A model generated the notes under the pieces. That model was given only the letters and a program-made list of their open reading frames with translations. It was not told where the DNA came from and did no database searches. Shown one piece after another: positions 6,562-10,754 of a DNA stretch of 10,754 nucleotides (its first letter is position 1; each line of letters begins with the position of its first letter). This stretch comes from Candidatus Limnocylindrus sp. (GTDB lineage Bacteria; Chloroflexota; Limnocylindria; Limnocylindrales; Limnocylindraceae), in contig JBBAWM010000011.1 in assembly GCA_040397175.1 (NCBI GenBank), positions 1 through 10,754 of the forward strand, in the 5' to 3' direction. The position numbers and the translations under genes are program-made.

Positions 6562-6726
6562 GAAGCCGACTGTGACATGCGGTGAACTCATTCGCTAGCA
6601 GTTTCCGCATGTCAGTTTCGTGAAACCGCTGGTAGTGCAGAAATACAGCCATGTAGTTTAGGGCTGTTACCAAATTGTTATGTTTCGGTTGTTGTGTTTA
6701 CCGCACGCAAAAGTATTGTCATGCTC
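6562..6726. promoter_or_regulatory. Divergent genetic-switch region
   Basis: Relatively AT-rich intergenic DNA. Rightward TTGTGT(6692-6697)-16-TATTGT(6714-6719)-7-ATG 6727; leftward TGT-CACAGT-7-ATG 6561. Inverted repeats GTTTC-GT-GAAAC (6615-6626) and ACAGCC-N11-GGCTGT (6645-6667). Confidence 0.6.
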
Positions 6727-7002
6727 ATGCCACAGCCAGCCACCAGCGTATCGGTGACGTTCTCGCTGGAAGAAGCCGCCACCATCCTGTGTGGCAGTGC
6801 CGGCCCGTCTGAGCAACGCTGGGTGTTGGAGCGGCTACGCGGAAACCGGTATCCCACCTTGCCGGGGTATCGGGTGCAGAAGCGGTGGCGCATGACCCAG
6901 GCCGACATCGACGCATCCATCGAACTGCTTCGCCCGAACGTGGTTCGCATCCCGACGCTGACTTCGTTGACAACACGTTCAGCGCGACGGCTGGCCGTCT
7001 AA
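6727..7002 (+). CDS. Excisionase-like (MerR/HTH_17-type) DNA-binding protein (alternative starts 6721, 6694)
   Basis: TFSLEEAATIL...RWVLERLR...PGYRVQKRWRMTQADI winged-HTH pattern; first gene of the rightward operon. Confidence 0.7.
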   Translation: MPQPATSVSVTFSLEEAATILCGSAGPSEQRWVLERLRGNRYPTLPGYRVQKRWRMTQADIDASIELLRPNVVRIPTLTSLTTRSARRLAV

Positions 7003-7178
7003 TGCCGGAAACGAAGTCGTGGATCACCGTGCTTGCGGAAGTGGACCGTTTGACGGCGCAGCGGGACGAACTGTTGGCGAAACTGTTGGACGCCGAAACC
7101 AGTTTGCGAACGTTCCGCAACCAGTTGGCTGCCGCTCGAGCCGAACGTGACAACGCCCGGGTGGTGTCGCTGCGATGA
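7002..7178 (+). CDS. 58-aa coiled-coil protein
   Basis: TAATG overlap at 7000-7004; heptad pattern LAEVDRLTAQRDELLAKLLDAE; ATGA overlap with the next gene. Confidence 0.7.
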   Translation: MPETKSWITVLAEVDRLTAQRDELLAKLLDAETSLRTFRNQLAAARAERDNARVVSLR

Positions 7179-7504
7179 CCGTTGCCGTGGTGTTCGCAAT
7201 TTCGTTGGCGCTTGGTGGATGGCTTGGCGTGCGCTACTCCGAATCCCAGCAACAGCATTCCGTTGACCTTGATTGGTTGGCCCGCGTTGAGGCTGACCGT
7301 GATGTGTGGGAGCCCGACGAACTGTGGCCCCTTCAAAGACTCACTGATCCGGCTAACTCCCCCCCTGCCGGGTTTGTGACGCCCACCGCCGCTGTTGATT
7401 CCAGCGCAACTGTGTCCGGCGGCGGTGGGCACCTACTTCGTGACGAACTGATTGAAGAGTTAGTCGACGAATACCGCACCAAATTGTACGAGTGGTTCCG
7501 CTAA
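7175..7504 (+). CDS. Hypothetical protein with N-terminal TM anchor
   Basis: MTVAVVFAISLALGGWLGV hydrophobic start; ATGA overlap. Confidence 0.65.
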   Translation: MTVAVVFAISLALGGWLGVRYSESQQQHSVDLDWLARVEADRDVWEPDELWPLQRLTDPANSPPAGFVTPTAAVDSSATVSGGGGHLLRDELIEELVDEYRTKLYEWFR

Positions 7505-7505
7505 C

Positions 7506-7541
7506 AAAAATGGCCCCGCTCTGCGTGAACAGACCGGGGCC
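7506..7541 (-). terminator. Hairpin with T-tract on the minus strand (leftward terminator or RNA structure)
   Basis: AAAAA-T-GGCCCCG-C-TCTG (7512-7523), loop CGTGAA, CAGA-C-CGGGGCC (7530-7541); intergenic. Confidence 0.6.
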
Positions 7542-7564
7542 GAACAAAGGAAGGCTAAGTTCCA

Positions 7565-7924
7565 ATGTCCAAACCCATCATATCTAACGTCCGAAAAACC
7601 ACGGTGCGTGCTTTCTCGCTGGGCATCATCTGCGGGGGATTCATCGCCGCCGGCACCATCGCCGCGATACCGGCGAAAGCCACCCCCGATTCGGTGCTGG
7701 CCGGGATCGCCGTGGCCGAAGAACCGTACATCTGTGGGGCATTGCAGTTGCGCCCCACGGTGTCCAATTTGATGACTGTCTTGGCGACAGTGTCGGCACG
7801 GCAAAACACCACCGCCTACGACACCGGGGCGGTCATCACGATGGCCGTGTTCGACGGCTGCGATCAGTTCGTGCCGGTGCTGGAGCGGTTTGTGGCGATC
7901 TACGCGCCGGGACAACCGGCATGA
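7565..7924 (+). CDS. Secreted/exported protein with signal peptide and a Cys pair (DUF732-like)
   Basis: Basic N-region, hydrophobic core, AKA/TPD cleavage-like motif, YICGAL...DGCDQF; SD AAAGGAAGG upstream. Confidence 0.65.
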   Translation: MSKPIISNVRKTTVRAFSLGIICGGFIAAGTIAAIPAKATPDSVLAGIAVAEEPYICGALQLRPTVSNLMTVLATVSARQNTTAYDTGAVITMAVFDGCDQFVPVLERFVAIYAPGQPA

Positions 7925-8238
7925 AGTCTTCCGATTTTGTTCACTGGATGAAGCAGCACCAAGAACTTCCGTGGCTCAGGCCGAAACCGGCACCAATGGA
8001 CGACTCCGATGTGGAGTTCCACTCCGACGTGCAATACCTGCACTTGCTGCTGGATGACATTTGGGAGAACGCCTACTACTCCGGTAGTACCGCCAAGTTG
8101 GACCCGGTGTTCATTGATTTCATGGCGTCACTGTCGGCGGCGATGAACGCGATGGACAAAGCCATCACCGTGAGTAACGCCGCATTGAATCTGTTTCTTG
8201 TTGATTGGCGGCAGTCCAGCAAGGCGGTGACCTTATGA
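7921..8238 (+). CDS. Hypothetical protein
   Basis: ATGA overlaps at both ends. Confidence 0.65.
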   Translation: MKSSDFVHWMKQHQELPWLRPKPAPMDDSDVEFHSDVQYLHLLLDDIWENAYYSGSTAKLDPVFIDFMASLSAAMNAMDKAITVSNAALNLFLVDWRQSSKAVTL

Positions 8239-8663
8239 CGTTGCTTCCTCTGCACCGCAAAGCCATTGACAAAGCCGAAGTTGCATACCGGCAGTTGGAT
8301 TCGGAACGCTACAAGTTGCACTGCGAAGTTCACCGTCTGACTCGGGCCGGGGTGTCCGCGATGGCTATCGCCACGCTGCTCAATGTTTCGGATCGCCAAG
8401 TGCAACGCATCCGGGCTGCCGCAGAACCGCCGCGAAAGTTTTACGAGTTTGACACATCCGATAAACGGCAGCGCCAATTGGAACGCACCATTGACGCGGT
8501 CTTAGACCTAGCGTGCCGGCTGAAGGACGAAGACCCGCAACTGGTCTTCAAGGCGTTAGAACTGATGGACGAAGAAGCCCTGCGTGAACTGCTGATGGTG
8601 GCTTTGGCCGGTATGCCGGTGCATCTGACCGCAGAGCAGTTGTTTGGGTGGTGCCAGCCATGA
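8235..8663 (+). CDS. HTH DNA-binding protein
   Basis: LTRAGVSAMAIATLLNVSDRQVQRIR HTH; ATG 8235 in an ATGA overlap, preferred over 8205. Confidence 0.75.
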   Translation: MTLLPLHRKAIDKAEVAYRQLDSERYKLHCEVHRLTRAGVSAMAIATLLNVSDRQVQRIRAAAEPPRKFYEFDTSDKRQRQLERTIDAVLDLACRLKDEDPQLVFKALELMDEEALRELLMVALAGMPVHLTAEQLFGWCQP

Positions 8664-8887
8664 TGAGTGTCCGTGTCCGTGTCGGTTTGGTGTTGACGTT
8701 CATCGTCGGCTGCTTGTACGCCGCATTCGGTGTGTGGGAAAGCCTGGGCAAGTTCTCGCTGGGGATGATCGTGGCGTGTGTCGCCGTCATCATTTACGGC
8801 TATCTGGACTATCAGCAGTCCGATCACGACTACCGCATTACTCGCGAACGCGAACAAGTATGGGCCCGCAGGGATGGTGAGCGGTGA
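8660..8887 (+). CDS. Small 2-TM membrane protein
   Basis: ATGA overlap at 8660; segments VGLVLTFIVGCLYAAFGVW and FSLGMIVACVAVIIYGYL. Confidence 0.7.
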   Translation: MMSVRVRVGLVLTFIVGCLYAAFGVWESLGKFSLGMIVACVAVIIYGYLDYQQSDHDYRITREREQVWARRDGER

Positions 8888-9066
8888 GCGGATCGTTTGA
8901 TGACCGTGCCGCCCTAGTGCTGGCACCCAGCGACTACGACTTCGTTATTGTCGGCAGCCACGTCGAAGGACAGTCTCGGGTTTACCGCAACCCCAACATT
9001 GATCCGGCGTTGGTGTGCGCCGCCCTTCGCCGCATCGCTGACTCATTTGACGCGGTCAATCAATGA
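8884..9066 (+). CDS. Hypothetical protein (60 aa)
   Basis: GTGA overlap upstream and ATGA overlap downstream. Confidence 0.65.
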   Translation: MSGSFDDRAALVLAPSDYDFVIVGSHVEGQSRVYRNPNIDPALVCAALRRIADSFDAVNQ

Positions 9067-9851
9067 ACGTTTGCGCCGAATGCCCACGCGAAGCCAGCCG
9101 ACGCGGCTTGTGCCACACCCATTACGGGAACCGGCGGCGGCGGGAAGTCGCCTACGGGCGGTGGCAGTCCACGATGATCGACGCCGAACCGGCCCGCCAA
9201 CACGTCAAAGCGTTGATGGCAGCCGGCCTGGGTTCACGACGCATCGCGGAACTGTCGGGGGTGCAACGCGGAACCATGCAATGGTTGGTCACTGGCCGCA
9301 GTGCACGCGGCTACGGCCTCACGAAACGCATCCGCGACACCAACGCCCAACGACTTCTCGCCATCCCGGTACCGGAATCTCCACACCATCTGGTGGCCGG
9401 CGGAGCAAGAATCCCGGCATTGGGAACGACGCGACGGCTGCAATCCCTCGTCGCTATCGGCTACACCCAGGTGTTCCTATCGGATCGGATGGGCTGGACA
9501 GCAGGCAACGCCACACGGCTGTTCACCGGGCGGGCCGACTACGTCACCGCATCTACGGCCCGCCGCGTCGAAGCGGTGTTCAACGAATTGCAGTTGATCC
9601 CCGGGCCTAACGCCCGGGCGCGACTACGGGCCAAGCATTTGGGTTGGGTTCCGCCTTTGGCGTGGGACGAAGACACCATTGACCACACCGATGCCGCCCC
9701 GGATTTTGGTGAGCCCAACAAAGTGACGTTCGCCGACAGGTATCAGGAATTGCGGGAGTTGGGCTATCCGCACGAACGGATCGCGAACAAGCTTGGCATC
9801 CAAATCGAATCACTGGACCGGCAGTTGATGCGCCACGGGATGGCGTTGTGA
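9063..9851 (+). CDS. Multi-HTH DNA-binding protein with N-terminal Cys/His motif
   Basis: CAEC...LCHTHY; HTH-like GLGSRRIAELSGVQRGTM, GTTRRLQSLVAIGY and GYPHERIANKLGI; WVPPLAWDEDTID motif familiar from actinophage early proteins. Confidence 0.75.
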   Translation: MNVCAECPREASRRGLCHTHYGNRRRREVAYGRWQSTMIDAEPARQHVKALMAAGLGSRRIAELSGVQRGTMQWLVTGRSARGYGLTKRIRDTNAQRLLAIPVPESPHHLVAGGARIPALGTTRRLQSLVAIGYTQVFLSDRMGWTAGNATRLFTGRADYVTASTARRVEAVFNELQLIPGPNARARLRAKHLGWVPPLAWDEDTIDHTDAAPDFGEPNKVTFADRYQELRELGYPHERIANKLGIQIESLDRQLMRHGMAL

Positions 9852-9994
9852 TGTGCGAATGCGGTCACCCGGTTGAAGAACACAGCCACGGCATTGGCCG
9901 CTGCTTTGGACGAAGCCGCGACCCCGAATACGGCGTCTTCGAATGCCTATGCCCACAGCCCATCAAGGAAGGAAACGACAGTGGATCGAATTAA
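9851..9994 (+). CDS. 47-aa Zn-finger-like protein MCECGHPVEEH...GRC...ECLCP (not in ORF track)
   Basis: TGATG overlap at 9849-9853; CxCGHxxxxH...C...CxC; TAA 9992-9994. Confidence 0.75.
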   Translation: MCECGHPVEEHSHGIGRCFGRSRDPEYGVFECLCPQPIKEGNDSGSN

Positions 9995-10196
9995 TGACAC
10001 ACGCCTGGTGCAGTTGGCGGGACTCCTTGCCGACGCACAAGCCATCGGCCTGGAGTTGGTGCGCGAAACCGCATATCTGCCTGAAGTTCATCGCGGCTTG
10101 ATCAGCGTCGTAGGACACATCGTTGCCGGACATATCGGCACCAAAGACGTTACCGCCACCGCTTTGTTGACGATCCCGTTGGAGCTACGCGCATGA
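9981..10196 (+). CDS. Hypothetical protein (71 aa)
   Basis: GTG 9981 preceded by SD AAGGAAGGA; ATGA overlap downstream; start preferred over 9873. Confidence 0.65.
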   Translation: MDRINDTRLVQLAGLLADAQAIGLELVRETAYLPEVHRGLISVVGHIVAGHIGTKDVTATALLTIPLELRA

Positions 10197-10450
10197 ACCG
10201 CTGGGACGAAGACGTTGAAGCCGGTGCCATCGGCCAACACGGCTCTGCGACGACGTGCAGCACGGAGACCATTCCGTTAACCCTTTTGCGTCTGAGAATG
10301 AGTCACATCGCTGACTTGTGCACCTTCATTTCCGCTCAGCATGAAACGGGCAGTGAACGCGACATCTCAATCCGGATGGCGTTGCAGTACCTGCGCCAAG
10401 ACCTTGGCCGATCCGATCTGCAACTGGCACGGCTGGAAAGCAAAAACTGA
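10193..10450 (+). CDS. Hypothetical protein
   Basis: ATGA overlap upstream and TGATG overlap downstream. Confidence 0.6.
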   Translation: MNRWDEDVEAGAIGQHGSATTCSTETIPLTLLRLRMSHIADLCTFISAQHETGSERDISIRMALQYLRQDLGRSDLQLARLESKN

Positions 10451-10754
10451 TGGCGATTGATCTGAGTTCGTACAACACCGTGGCGGAACGGATCGCGGAG
10501 TTCGCCGCCAAGTACCCAGACGGCAGTTTGCAGTGTGAGTGGCAGATGCTACTGGTGCCCACGTTGGTGAAGAACCCTGACGGTACGTGGGAACCGCAGG
10601 ACCGCCCGATCATCGTGGCGAAAGCGTTTGCCTACCGCACACCGGATGATCCGCGCCCCGGCATCGGCCACGCCCAGGAGCCCATCCCCGGGAAGACCCC
10701 GTATACGCGGGACTCGGAGATCCAGAACGCGGAAACCTCAGCCTGGGGAAGAGC
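10450..10754 (+). CDS. Rad52/Sak-like single-strand annealing protein, N-terminal part (3' truncated; not in ORF track)
   Basis: MAIDLSSYNTVAERIAEFAAKYPDG...GIGHAQE...EIQNAETSAWGR: YxxVxxRI and AETSAxGR patterns of phage Rad52-like proteins; frame open to the window end. Confidence 0.75.
   Translation, partial: MAIDLSSYNTVAERIAEFAAKYPDGSLQCEWQMLLVPTLVKNPDGTWEPQDRPIIVAKAFAYRTPDDPRPGIGHAQEPIPGKTPYTRDSEIQNAETSAWGR

Larger units (their letters stand above)
1..10754. mobile_element. Temperate actinobacteriophage (probably mycobacteriophage) genome segment, attP configuration
   Basis: Gene order tail - lysin A - holin - attP - integrase - repressor / early genes; dense 4-bp and 1-bp stop/start overlaps; phage genes on both sides of the tRNA-derived core. 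Confidence 0.93.

Noticed and set aside
6885-7001. 5' extension of ORF 6885-7178
   Set aside because: Overlaps the Xis-like gene; the TAATG-coupled ATG at 7002 is the more plausible start.
8948-9610. 220-aa alternative-frame ORF
   Set aside because: Arg/Pro-rich off-frame translation overlapping the coupled genes 8884-9066 and 9063-9851.
1-10754. CRISPR array, IS element, reverse transcriptase/DGR, or stoperator-like dispersed repeats
   Set aside because: No regularly spaced repeats, transposase or RT motifs seen by eye. A k-mer scan would be needed to exclude short dispersed motifs.

Overview
Central part of a temperate actinobacteriophage genome, most likely a mycobacteriophage, in its unintegrated (attP) configuration. 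From left to right it holds: the 3' end of a repeat-containing probable tail protein; a translationally coupled lysis/late operon (an unannotated 28-aa cationic amphipathic peptide, M15-peptidase lysin A, holin with a TTG-AAA-ATG dual-start-like motif, 1-TM coiled-coil protein, Cys/His protein, metallophosphoesterase, two small ORFs) closed by an intrinsic terminator; attP with a tRNA-Ala 3'-end core and arm-type repeats; a tyrosine integrase; a leftward cassette (XRE repressor plus a ~7-TM protein with a C9 tract at its start); and a rightward early operon (Xis-like HTH, small membrane, secreted, HTH and Zn-finger proteins, start of a Rad52/Sak-like annealing protein). No lysin B, separate Cro or antirepressor is recognisable in the window. 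All product calls come from reading motifs by eye; no database searches were run.
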